From Armatimonadota bacterium (lineage in GTDB: Bacteria; Armatimonadota; HRBIN16): DNA of 64,000 nucleotides. The notes beneath the pieces are model-generated. The model was not told the DNA's origin. It ran no database searches and worked only from the letters and a program-made list of their open reading frames with translations. Of this stretch, positions 39,361 through 48,027 are shown one piece after another. The position numbers and the translations under genes are program-made. Positions within the stretch are counted from its first letter, which is position 1. Each line of letters opens with the position of its first letter. The DNA is taken from the NCBI GenBank assembly GCA_963677485.1, contig OY781964.1:1216001-1280000 (forward strand). The letters are read 5' to 3'.

Positions 39361-40856
39361 ACCACAACTTCAAGTGTATCGATGAGACCCCTGCCAATCT
39401 GGCGAAAGCTGCCAGGAGCTGGCTGAGCAAACCGGGTCGGCGTTATGGTCACTTCACCGCCCGAGTGTGTGATGATGGCCGACTGTGCCTGGTAATGCTG
39501 CTGCTTGACCTCAACACCAGCGGAGGGGTGATCATGAGCGCAGCTCTGGCTGATGGCGAAACCGAATACCCGGCTATCACCGCAGAAATACCGGCAGCTC
39601 ACTGGGCGGAGCGGGCAGTGGGCGACTTCTTTGGGTTGCTGCCCATTGGCCATCCGCGCTGGAAGTCCGTGATCCTGCATGACGGCATCTGGCCAAACGA
39701 CCTCTACCCGCTGTCACCAAACGCAGGCCATCCGCGCGGACTGTATGAGTTCATGCTGGTCACCGGTGAGGGGATTCATGAGATACCCGTGGGCCCTATC
39801 CACGCGGGGATCATCGAGCCTGGCCATTTCCGGTTTAGCTGTTCGGGTGAGGTGATCACCAACCTGAGTATCCGGCTGGGATACCTTCACCGCGGCGTGG
39901 AAAAGCGGCTGGCGGAGCTTCCCTGGCAGCAGACTCGCTTCCTGGCGGAGTCGGCTAGCGCCGACACGGCCCTGGGCAACGCATTGGCCCATAGCGTCGC
40001 GATGGAGCAGTTGCTGGGCATCACGGCACCGGCACGGGCACAGTATCTGCGCACCATCGGATTGGAAATCGAGCGGCTGGGCAACCATGTCGGCGACCTG
40101 GGAGCACTGGCGGGTGATGTGGGCTACAGTGCCGGAGCGGGGTTGTTCCCGCCGATGCGCGGCGCGGCCTTGAGCCTGGCGATGCTGTTGAGCGGATCGC
40201 GGCGTCAGCGGTATTACGTGAAGCCCGGCGAAGTGGCGCGCGATCTGCCAGATGACCGGCGGTTGAAGATGCTGACCGGCCTGGATGAGATGGAGACGCG
40301 TCTGCACGATTTGATCCCACTGTTACTGAAGAACTCATCTGTCATGGAGCGCATGGAAGGTACCGGAGTGGTCTCGCTGGCGGTAGCTCGTGAGCTGGGG
40401 CTAGTGGGCCCCGCGGCACGTGCCAGCGGCCGCAGTTACGACGCCCGCCGCGTATACGCTCATGGTGTGTATCCGGAGTTCGCTCCCGAGCTGGTCAAAC
40501 AGCAAGAGGGCGATGTGATGGCGCGTACCCGTCAGCGAGCGGACGAGATATGGAGCAGCATCGCGATCATCCGGCAACTGCTGCAGTCGCTGCCAGAGGG
40601 AGCTATATGCGAAGAATGCACACACCTTCCGCTGGCACCGAACAGCAGCGGTGTGGGGATTGTGGAGGCCTGGCGAGGCGAACTGCTGCACTGGGTATTC
40701 ACCGATGCTTCAGGAAATATAAGCAGGTATGCCATCAAAGACCCCAGTTTCAACAACTGGACGGGTCTGTCAATGGCGGTGCGCGGCAACCTTGTGGCAG
40801 ATTTTCCTGTCTGCAACAAGAGCTTCAACTTATCCTACAGCGGGAATGACCTTTAG
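39357..40856 (+). CDS. ehrL: Ehr large subunit (NuoCD/HyfG-like, lacks Ni-binding CxxC motifs)
   Basis: VGPIHAGIIEPGHFRF, GYLHRGVEK; ESASADT in place of RxCGxC; C-terminus DFPVCNKSFNLSYSGNDL in place of DPCxxC. Confidence 0.9.
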   Translation: MNHNFKCIDETPANLAKAARSWLSKPGRRYGHFTARVCDDGRLCLVMLLLDLNTSGGVIMSAALADGETEYPAITAEIPAAHWAERAVGDFFGLLPIGHPRWKSVILHDGIWPNDLYPLSPNAGHPRGLYEFMLVTGEGIHEIPVGPIHAGIIEPGHFRFSCSGEVITNLSIRLGYLHRGVEKRLAELPWQQTRFLAESASADTALGNALAHSVAMEQLLGITAPARAQYLRTIGLEIERLGNHVGDLGALAGDVGYSAGAGLFPPMRGAALSLAMLLSGSRRQRYYVKPGEVARDLPDDRRLKMLTGLDEMETRLHDLIPLLLKNSSVMERMEGTGVVSLAVARELGLVGPAARASGRSYDARRVYAHGVYPEFAPELVKQQEGDVMARTRQRADEIWSSIAIIRQLLQSLPEGAICEECTHLPLAPNSSGVGIVEAWRGELLHWVFTDASGNISRYAIKDPSFNNWTGLSMAVRGNLVADFPVCNKSFNLSYSGNDL

Positions 40857-40868
40857 GAGGGCAGTATC

Positions 40869-41624
40869 ATGCGAAACACATTGCTATCGGTGTTGAAAAC
40901 CGGCCTGCTCACTCAGAAAGAGCTGTTCCCTGAGCTGCCAGAGGAGGCCAACGGACTGCCAACGGTGACGCAGACTCCATGCGACGGGGGCTCCTGCGGG
41001 CAGTGCGCAGACCTCTGCCCAACCCATGCGGTTGCGGTTTCCGATGGCGGCGTGTCGCTGGACCTGGGGTGCTGCATCGGCTGTCAGGCGTGCGTGGAGG
41101 TCTGCCCAACGGGCTCGATTGTGCGCAACCGGTCGACGAAGATCGCCTCGCTGAGCCGTGAGGGTTTGGTTCTTACGGCCAGTTCGCTAGCACCCACGGA
41201 CAGTAAGCCAGTGAATCGGCCATTTCACCGCTCGCTGCATGTACGCGCGGTCTCGACGGGGGATAGTGCCAGCGATCTTGAGATGATTGCCAGCACCAAC
41301 GCGGTGTTCGACATCACGCAGTTTGGCGTTCATTTCGTGGCTTCACCGCGGTTTGCCGATGCGCTGATGGTCACCGGCCCGGTGCCGCACGCCATGCAGG
41401 AGCCTTTACGACGCTGTTACCAGGCGATGGCCGAACCTCGGCTGGTGATCGCGCTGGGAACCTCCGCCATCAGTGGCGGGCTGCATTCCGGTGGCTACGC
41501 CGAAGCGAATGGTGTAGACGCCGTGCTTCCGGTGGACTGTTATATCCCCGGCGATCCGCCGCACCCCTGGAGCCTGCTCTACGGTGTGCTGCTGGCGATG
41601 GGTAGGGATCCATCTACCCTTTGA
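40869..41624 (+). CDS. ehrS: Ferredoxin (2x[4Fe-4S])-fused Ehr small subunit (NuoB/HyfI-like) with proximal-cluster Cys ligands substituted
   Basis: CDGGSCGQCADLCP and CIGCQACVEVCP intact. NuoB-like ASPRFADALMVTGPV present, but with TGDSASD, GTSAISGG and IPGDPP. Confidence 0.88.
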   Translation: MRNTLLSVLKTGLLTQKELFPELPEEANGLPTVTQTPCDGGSCGQCADLCPTHAVAVSDGGVSLDLGCCIGCQACVEVCPTGSIVRNRSTKIASLSREGLVLTASSLAPTDSKPVNRPFHRSLHVRAVSTGDSASDLEMIASTNAVFDITQFGVHFVASPRFADALMVTGPVPHAMQEPLRRCYQAMAEPRLVIALGTSAISGGLHSGGYAEANGVDAVLPVDCYIPGDPPHPWSLLYGVLLAMGRDPSTL

Positions 41625-42711
41625 TGCTGCGTGCCACCTCCGCGGCTAGCGCGAACTTCTCCACAGTGACGCCGGGCGGGCAGCTATCGCTGTTCGCCAG
41701 CAGGAACGGCCCGCCGGCACCTTCCGCGATCACCTGTTCCACATAGCTGCCGAAGCTTTCGATGGGCTCATTCAGGAAGCGCACCGGCTCGATGCCACCA
41801 ATGATGCCCATTTTATCGCCGCAGACCTGCCTGATCTCCTTGATCTCGATATTACCTGTGGGGGCTGGTGAGGCACTCTCGACTGCGTATACTCCGCCGT
41901 CGACCATCTGCTCCACTAAATAGCGCAGATGACCACAGGCGTGCTGCACGTACCTCTTGCCATTCGCTTTGGCGATATCGCAGTAGGCTTTAATCTCAGG
42001 TGCGATGTATTTGGCATATTGCCGAGGGCTGTAGTTCTGTGTGCTGCTGTCTTCAAAGGTCAGGAAGTATTGGTAGTCACTTTGGGCGGCGAGTCTGGCG
42101 CATTCCAGATCATTCACCATCATCGCCTGCCATAACTCATCGACCAGCTCCGGCTCATCCTGCATCATATACACCAGTTCCTCTGTGCCCACATAATGCT
42201 CTACCATCGCCTGGAATGCAGTCTTGCCACGGAAACACATCATGGCGAGGGAGAGCCCCTCGTTGGAGCCGGGGTCATTCAGCCAGTTCGTCGCGACCTG
42301 CGGTTGCGCTTCAAAACGGGTGTGCTGTTCGATCCATAGCAGGGTCTTCAAGTCTTCAGGCGACTTGCATGGGTGCTCCACCAGGAACATGGTGCCGCCC
42401 GCATCATTGGTGCGTCGCCAGGTATGGTGCAGACTGCCGACTGGGGTGATGAGCTCCTGGTGGTGCCCGCCCGGTCGTTCGGTCACGATGGATTCCACAC
42501 CGTCTTGAGCGACCGACACGGACATTGGCGCACCTCGCCACAAGGGGTCAGCACCGATCATCTTGTGGAACGGCAGTTGCCCCATCTGCTGTATCTCAGC
42601 AGGAAAATACTCCCAGACATAAGCTAGAAATGGTGAAAACGGCATATGGTCCACAGGCTTTCCCGCGAGGGCAGCCTCGATACGTTCTTTAGAGGTCATT
42701 TCTGGCAGCAT
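41614..42711 (-). CDS. Uroporphyrinogen decarboxylase-like family protein
   Basis: MTSKERIEAALAGKPVDHMP, EDSST, HACG, GGIEP, SDSCP. Confidence 0.85.
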   Translation of the reverse strand: MLPEMTSKERIEAALAGKPVDHMPFSPFLAYVWEYFPAEIQQMGQLPFHKMIGADPLWRGAPMSVSVAQDGVESIVTERPGGHHQELITPVGSLHHTWRRTNDAGGTMFLVEHPCKSPEDLKTLLWIEQHTRFEAQPQVATNWLNDPGSNEGLSLAMMCFRGKTAFQAMVEHYVGTEELVYMMQDEPELVDELWQAMMVNDLECARLAAQSDYQYFLTFEDSSTQNYSPRQYAKYIAPEIKAYCDIAKANGKRYVQHACGHLRYLVEQMVDGGVYAVESASPAPTGNIEIKEIRQVCGDKMGIIGGIEPVRFLNEPIESFGSYVEQVIAEGAGGPFLLANSDSCPPGVTVEKFALAAEVARSIKG

Positions 42712-42946
42712 TGGTTTGATGGCTCCTTGTGTGGTTTCGGTGATGTCAAGTCGTCATCTAATTCTACACCAATGGCCGACATGTGATCGTGCTATCACCG
42801 TCCGAAAAGACAGATGAGAGGATAATATGCAGCATTGTGTCCTACAGCGGGTTTAATAACACAGATGGTCTATCAGCAACATATAGGAATCGTGCTGCCC
42901 AATAAGGTAAAGTACTGTTAGATATACCAGAATCTGGAGGTGCATC

Positions 42947-43639
42947 ATGGACGCCGAACAAAAACCGCGGAAGCAGTTTGCCGGAGCTAACCTTGAAGGT
43001 GCAGAGTTGCGCATGGCGGATCTTGCCGGAGCGAATATGGCCGAAGCCAATCTGAAAGGTGCCAACCTTGAAGGTGCCGACCTCACTTCGGCCGACCTGA
43101 GCGGGGCGACCTTGGTGGAAGTCTACGCCAGAACCCTGGACGCAGCCGATGCCGACTTCAGCGGAGCGGACATGAGCGGGATCAATCTGGAGCTTGCCAA
43201 CCTGGCAGGAGCAGACTTAAGCGGCTGCGAGCTGACCGATGCCTATATGCGTGGTGCCGACATGACTGGCTGCAGCCTGGTGGGCGCCGATCTCTGCCAT
43301 GCCAATCTGGAAAAGGCAAAACTTCTTGAGGTGGACATGCAGAGTGCACTGCTCAAAGGAGCCTCCATGCAGTTTGCGCGATTGAAAGGCGCCAGTCTTC
43401 AGGGTGCCAACTTCAGCAGTGCCAGCCTAGAAAATGCCGACCTCAGCAAGGCGAACCTCACGGGTGCTGAGCTGGACGGCGTCTGCTTGCGAGGGGCGAA
43501 CCTCACCGGTTCGGTATTGTCTGGAGCGAACCTCAGCGGAGCTGACCTTCAGGATGCGGATTTTACCGGTGCCGAAGTGCGCGACATGGTGCTGGATGGG
43601 GCGAATATGACTGGGGTGAAAGGGCTGATTTTGAAATGA
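42947..43639 (+). CDS. Pentapeptide repeat protein
   Basis: Continuous A(D/N)LxG repeats; RBS ggagg. Confidence 0.92.
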   Translation: MDAEQKPRKQFAGANLEGAELRMADLAGANMAEANLKGANLEGADLTSADLSGATLVEVYARTLDAADADFSGADMSGINLELANLAGADLSGCELTDAYMRGADMTGCSLVGADLCHANLEKAKLLEVDMQSALLKGASMQFARLKGASLQGANFSSASLENADLSKANLTGAELDGVCLRGANLTGSVLSGANLSGADLQDADFTGAEVRDMVLDGANMTGVKGLILK

Positions 43640-44073
43640 AATATACGCAGGGTAGCACCGGACGTGTGTTCCTGGCCAAACTTGATGATGGCGAATCGGT
43701 ATACGATGCCGTGATGGAGATTGCCAACAAGGAAAATGTGAAGCACGCGGCGGTATGGGCGGTGGGCGGAATGCGCAGCGGTAAGGTGGTCAGCGGTCCC
43801 GAAGACCCCAACGGGCCGGTGGTGCCCGTGGTGTATGAGTTTGATGATGCGCGGGAACTGGTCGGTTTTGGCACACTGGTGCCGTTGAACGGGGAACCCT
43901 CGCTGCACTTCCATGCCGCCATCGGCCATGAGCAGGGAGCCATGGTGGTGTGTCCCCGCATTGAGATGCATGCCTACCTGGTGCTTGAGGTCGTAATTCT
44001 GGAGATGGTGGGCCTGTCTGCCTGCCGCGAATACGAAGCCCGCTGGGATGTGCATACCCTCAGCGTGGGGTAG
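43636..44073 (+). CDS. PPC/DUF296 domain protein
   Basis: GRVFLAKLDDGE, ELVGFGTL, LHFHAAIG, LEVVILE; ATGA overlap. Confidence 0.85.
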   Translation: MKYTQGSTGRVFLAKLDDGESVYDAVMEIANKENVKHAAVWAVGGMRSGKVVSGPEDPNGPVVPVVYEFDDARELVGFGTLVPLNGEPSLHFHAAIGHEQGAMVVCPRIEMHAYLVLEVVILEMVGLSACREYEARWDVHTLSVG

Positions 44074-44094
44074 AGCTGTGTTAGGACGCAGCCT

Positions 44095-44181
44095 CACGCG
44101 AAGACGCGGAGGTAATGACCGGCGGAAGGCCTTCCCCATCCGCGTCATCCTGTGAATCCGTGTAATCCGTGGTTCAGACAA
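44095..44181. repeat. Short tandem repeat module (atccgtgta-type)
   Basis: atccgcgtcatcctgtgaatccgtgtaatccgtggttcagaca; same module at 51468-51511 and inverted at 45918-45952. Confidence 0.7.
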
Positions 44182-44222
44182 AAATCCGAGCGGTGCCGTT
44201 TGGTGCATATCTCAGGTTGCCG

Positions 44223-44688
44223 GCCCCCCTGCCGCGGGTTTAGTCACCCCACGGGACTGGCGTCCCTAAACGGGGTTCCCTCACCGCGCGTCTAGCCATC
44301 TGCAGCCCGCAAGCGGGCGCTGGTGGCCCTCCGCAAGCGCCCGCTGGAGCGAAGCGACGCGGGCAGCCATCTGATTAGCGACGGGTGATGGAGCCCCCTG
44401 GGGCGATGGAACCCGTCGCTGAGGGCCAGTCGCGAATATCGTTGATCATCAGCCCCCCTGCCGCGGGTTTAGTCACCCCAGGGGACTGGCGTCCCTAAAC
44501 GGGGTTCCTTCACCGCGCGTCTAATCAATCGCAGCCCGCAAGCGGGCGCGGGGTGCCCTCCGCCAGCGCCTGCTGGAGCGAGGCGACGCGGGCAGCCATC
44601 TGATCAGCGACGGGTGATGGAGCTCCCTGGGGCGATGGAACCCGTCGACACGGGGCTACCAGCCCCCCTACCGCGGTTTAGCCACCCA
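44223..44688. repeat. Tandem array of about 2.1 copies of a 210-229 bp multi-hairpin element (family D)
   Basis: Units start at 44223, 44452 and 44662. Hairpins gcccgcaagcgggc, gggactggcgtccc, agcgacgggt...acccgtcgct. Confidence 0.88.
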
Positions 44689-44700
44689 CTTGAACGCACC

Positions 44701-45192
44701 CTACTCCTCTGCCACCAGCTTCGCGTTTTTGGCCAGGCTCTGAGCGGCCAGACCTAGCTTGTATTCGGCCAGCTTCTCTTCAATCTCAGGATCGGATGTG
44801 CCCAAAATCTGCATAGCCAGCAACCCGGCGTTGGTGGCTCCGTTCACGGCCACGGTGGCGACCGGCACACCGCTGGGCATCTGCACGATGGAGAGCAGCG
44901 AATCCAAACCCTGCAGTTTGCTGAGCACCGGCACGCCAATGACGGGCAAGGTGGTGACGGCGGCCATCACACCAGGCAGGTGCGCGGCTCCGCCGGCCCC
45001 GGCGATGATCACCTTGATGCCACGCTCACGGGCAGATCGGGAGTATTCCAGCGTCTCATCTGGGGTTCGGTGGGCGGAGTAGATTTTGACCTCGCACTCC
45101 ACGCCGAACTGGTCGCATATATCTTTCGCCTGCATCATGACAGCCAGGTCCGAATCGCTACCCATCACGATAGCCACGAGGGGGTTCTTCAT
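44701..45192 (-). CDS. purE: N5-CAIR mutase PurE
   Basis: [39 protein letters not shown]. Confidence 0.96.
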   Translation of the reverse strand: MKNPLVAIVMGSDSDLAVMMQAKDICDQFGVECEVKIYSAHRTPDETLEYSRSARERGIKVIIAGAGGAAHLPGVMAAVTTLPVIGVPVLSKLQGLDSLLSIVQMPSGVPVATVAVNGATNAGLLAMQILGTSDPEIEEKLAEYKLGLAAQSLAKNAKLVAEE

Positions 45193-45282
45193 CAGTGTCC
45201 TCCATGATAACCATTGGTCATCCATTATGATTTTACCGTATGGCTGTGGTAAGCTGAACAAAACATATCTGAGGAGGATCCC

Positions 45283-45915
45283 ATGGATACAATCTTTCTG
45301 ATGCACAAACTGGTCCACCTGGACGAATGCCCGGTACTGTTCGGTACCCCGTTCGATGCCAATAGCTGGCAAGACCATTGGAAGGTTCGTTCGGGTGACT
45401 GGAGCGTCGAAGGTGACTGGGCGACCGGTAACCATCCCCACAACAGCCCGGGAATGATCACCTCGACGGCGAACTATACGGGCAATGTGATACTGGAGTT
45501 TGAGGCACGTACCGTGCTGCCCAGCACGCATGACATCAACTGCATGTGGAATGGCAGTTGGGACGAACAGACCAATACCCGCGATGTGGCCTATGTGGCA
45601 GGCCTCCAAGGCTGGTGGGAGGGTAAAGTGGGGTTCGAGCGATCACCTGAGTATAAGTTGAACGCCGGAACCCCGCTGTTCGCATTTGAACCCGGGCGAA
45701 TCTATCAGATGCGTGTTGGCAGTATCGACGGCCATGTGTTTGTGATGGTCGACGGGGCGTTGCTGCTTGAGATCACCGATCCTGACCCCATCGACCACAG
45801 CCGGTATGGCATGGTCGGTTTCGAGGCCTATTACAGTTGCATCCAGGTTCGCAAGCCAGTCGTCCGGCAGGTGGTGTGGCATCCCAGGGAGCAAAGCTAC
45901 CAGCCTGAGGTGTGA
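45283..45915 (+). CDS. Hypothetical concanavalin A-like (DUF1080-like) beta-sandwich protein
   Basis: RBS gaggagg; [40 protein letters not shown]. Confidence 0.6.
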   Translation: MDTIFLMHKLVHLDECPVLFGTPFDANSWQDHWKVRSGDWSVEGDWATGNHPHNSPGMITSTANYTGNVILEFEARTVLPSTHDINCMWNGSWDEQTNTRDVAYVAGLQGWWEGKVGFERSPEYKLNAGTPLFAFEPGRIYQMRVGSIDGHVFVMVDGALLLEITDPDPIDHSRYGMVGFEAYYSCIQVRKPVVRQVVWHPREQSYQPEV

Positions 45916-45917
45916 TG

Positions 45918-46102
45918 GTCTGAACCACGGATTACGCGGATGGCATGGATGGTAAAGAACACGGGGCTAACCGCCAGACCGGCGCGGTCTATAGCCATCT
46001 GTCACCGTTACCTTACCGACAGACCGCCCCGGACTTAGGCTATTCGGGTGTCATGAAATACGGTCCCCTTTGCGTCCTTTGCCCCTTTGCGTCATTGCGT
46101 TT
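45918..46102. repeat. Short-repeat modules flanking a half family A element (45965-46040)
   Basis: ggctaaccgccagaccggcgcggtct...cagaccgccccggacttagg; tctgaaccacggattacgcggat; ctttgcgtcctttgcccctttgcgtc. Confidence 0.75.
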
Positions 46103-46132
46103 ACATTCCCTGCCAACCGCACGCAAAGCGGC

Positions 46133-46909
46133 CTACTCGTCGTCGACGGGCTTCTGGTTCTCCAGGCGATAGTCAGACGGCGCTTTCCCCATGGCACGAT
46201 GGAACACGCGTGAGAAATAGAGCGGGTCGGTAAACCCGCACTGGGCGGCTACATCACCCACGCGCAAGTCGGTAGTGCATAAAAGCCGCTGGGCGGCTTG
46301 AAGCCGAAGCTGCATGAGGTAGTTGCTTGGCGTGATCTCCCACCGTTTGCGGAACAGGTGCGACAGGTGACTGCGGGTGGTATTGACCGCGGATGCCACT
46401 TCGCTGAGGCTCAGGGGCTGATGGTAGTTCACCGCCAGATACTGTGCTGCCAATTGGGCCAGGTCAGTTTGGACGCCCTTCCCTTGCTGCCAGGCACGCT
46501 CTACATGGCATAAAAACGCTCTGCCGTAGTAATTGATCAAGTGCTGGTCGCTTCGGCCGGAGTTGACCTCGGCTAGGACTCGGCTGGCCAGCCAACCCAT
46601 CTCACCACCCACATCGGGCAGCATCAAGGGCATCTGCTGCATGTTTTCGGTCTGCACGTCGATCGACATAAACACGGTCTGTTGCGGGTTGCGTGGGTTG
46701 CTCGCTTCGGCATGGGGCATCATGGGTGGGTAGACCACCAAATGGAACTGGTGAGGAGCATAAGAGGTATCCGGCAGATCAACTTTGCCAGACCCCTTCA
46801 TGAAATAGATGAACTCCCAAAACGAATGCGAATGTGCTGGCAGCTTCCATGCGGCGTCAGGAAGCGTACTGCCAGCACTAATGACTGTGGCCGTGTCGAT
46901 GATGAACAT
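46133..46909 (-). CDS. AraC family transcriptional regulator
   Basis: Cupin-type HSHSFWEFIY; C-terminal HTH LSHLFRK...VAAQCGFTDPLYFSRVFHRAMGKAPSDYR. Confidence 0.93.
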   Translation of the reverse strand: MFIIDTATVISAGSTLPDAAWKLPAHSHSFWEFIYFMKGSGKVDLPDTSYAPHQFHLVVYPPMMPHAEASNPRNPQQTVFMSIDVQTENMQQMPLMLPDVGGEMGWLASRVLAEVNSGRSDQHLINYYGRAFLCHVERAWQQGKGVQTDLAQLAAQYLAVNYHQPLSLSEVASAVNTTRSHLSHLFRKRWEITPSNYLMQLRLQAAQRLLCTTDLRVGDVAAQCGFTDPLYFSRVFHRAMGKAPSDYRLENQKPVDDE

Positions 46910-46979
46910 AATACTAGTATACAGATTTGAGGGCAGATTCCATACCGCCTCTGGACACCAATAAATGCTGGGTTTGAGG

Positions 46980-47813
46980 TTATGGCATCCCGACAGGCAT
47001 GCTGCTGGGCGGCCATCCTGTGGCGGGTAGAGTGTTCCACTGCTGTCCCCATGGCAGGAAGCCGGTGTGGCCGTCAAAATACAGCACATTGTAGCCGTCG
47101 TCGTGGTTACGCATCATCATCCCGGCCTCTAGCGGCTGACCGTCGTCACCCTTGGCCTCGGTACCCTGGAAGCCGAAGACGCCGCGGTCGGTCAGAAGCA
47201 TGCGTTCGGATACCCACTGGGAATTGAGGCCCACCGGCTGCTCATACAGGTCGCGAGTTTTGGGGTACATTTCAGAGCCGTAGTTACGGCATTCGAAGAT
47301 CGATCCGACGGCGGGGTTGTCGCATTGCACGTTATACACCCAGCCGGTGATCCACTGGTAGCTTTGGGCGCCTTTAGCCATGTTTTCGGGGGTAGGCAGG
47401 CTCGTGTGGTCGCCTGGGCAGTACCAGTTCTGAAGGTTCTTGGAATATGGCTGAAGCTGCACGTGCATCAGAAACTTGTAGAACCTGTGACCGAAACATC
47501 CACCATCCATATCGGCCTCTTCCGCGACATCGGGATTGACTTCGAAATTCCGGCTCGCTGACAGTGGGCCATCGATCTGGCCGTCCTCATCCAGGTCACC
47601 GCCGGTATAGCAGCCGTTGGGGAACTGCTGCTCGAAGTCCTGAGCATACATGCGCATGGCCCCACCCAGTGTGCGCAGGTTGGAGACACACTCCGCATCC
47701 TGCAAGCCACTGCCTGCGTTTATGACGGCTGGGTGCAGCAGATAGGCCGTGACCGCACAGATGCCAAACGCTGCGCAGACTTGCTTCAAACTGATTTCAG
47801 TTCGCTTCTTCAC
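46980..47813 (-). CDS. DUF1559/H-X9-DG pilin-like protein with atypical N-terminus
   Basis: CVSNLRTLGGAMRMYAQD, WYCPGD, HDDGYNVLYFDGH; GTG start with RBS ggagg. Confidence 0.75.
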   Translation of the reverse strand: MKKRTEISLKQVCAAFGICAVTAYLLHPAVINAGSGLQDAECVSNLRTLGGAMRMYAQDFEQQFPNGCYTGGDLDEDGQIDGPLSASRNFEVNPDVAEEADMDGGCFGHRFYKFLMHVQLQPYSKNLQNWYCPGDHTSLPTPENMAKGAQSYQWITGWVYNVQCDNPAVGSIFECRNYGSEMYPKTRDLYEQPVGLNSQWVSERMLLTDRGVFGFQGTEAKGDDGQPLEAGMMMRNHDDGYNVLYFDGHTGFLPWGQQWNTLPATGWPPSSMPVGMP

Positions 47814-48027
47814 GCCGAAACCTCCGAAATGGTATTGTTTGCATTCATTATGTCACCAAAACGGTTGTCGAGTCAAGTGTTTCTATGGGTAGTTTTGATT
47901 CATCATCAGCTTATTTCTGAACGGATCCGCCTCCTGGCCTCCTTTTCTCTTCCCCTCCTCCCCGGGCCATATGCTATCATGAATCTGACCCACCATCGCA
48001 AAAAACAACCTGAGGATTTACCAACAC

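Noticed and set aside
41250-41560. Selenocysteine or recoding as the explanation for the missing Cys in EhrS
   Set aside because: The codons are ordinary GAT, AGC, TCC and GAT, not TGA.
34354-41624. A true [NiFe] hydrogenase-4 / formate hydrogenlyase
   Set aside because: The large subunit lacks both CxxC Ni-binding motifs, and no hyp maturation or fdh genes are nearby.
44380-44420. Fluoride-riboswitch-like ggtgatggagccccc
   Set aside because: It is part of the family D repeat between convergent genes and lacks the 3' pseudoknot half.
45193-45609. N-terminal extension of PurE (302-aa ORF)
   Set aside because: PurE homology starts at 45192 with an RBS, and the extension overlaps the divergent gene.
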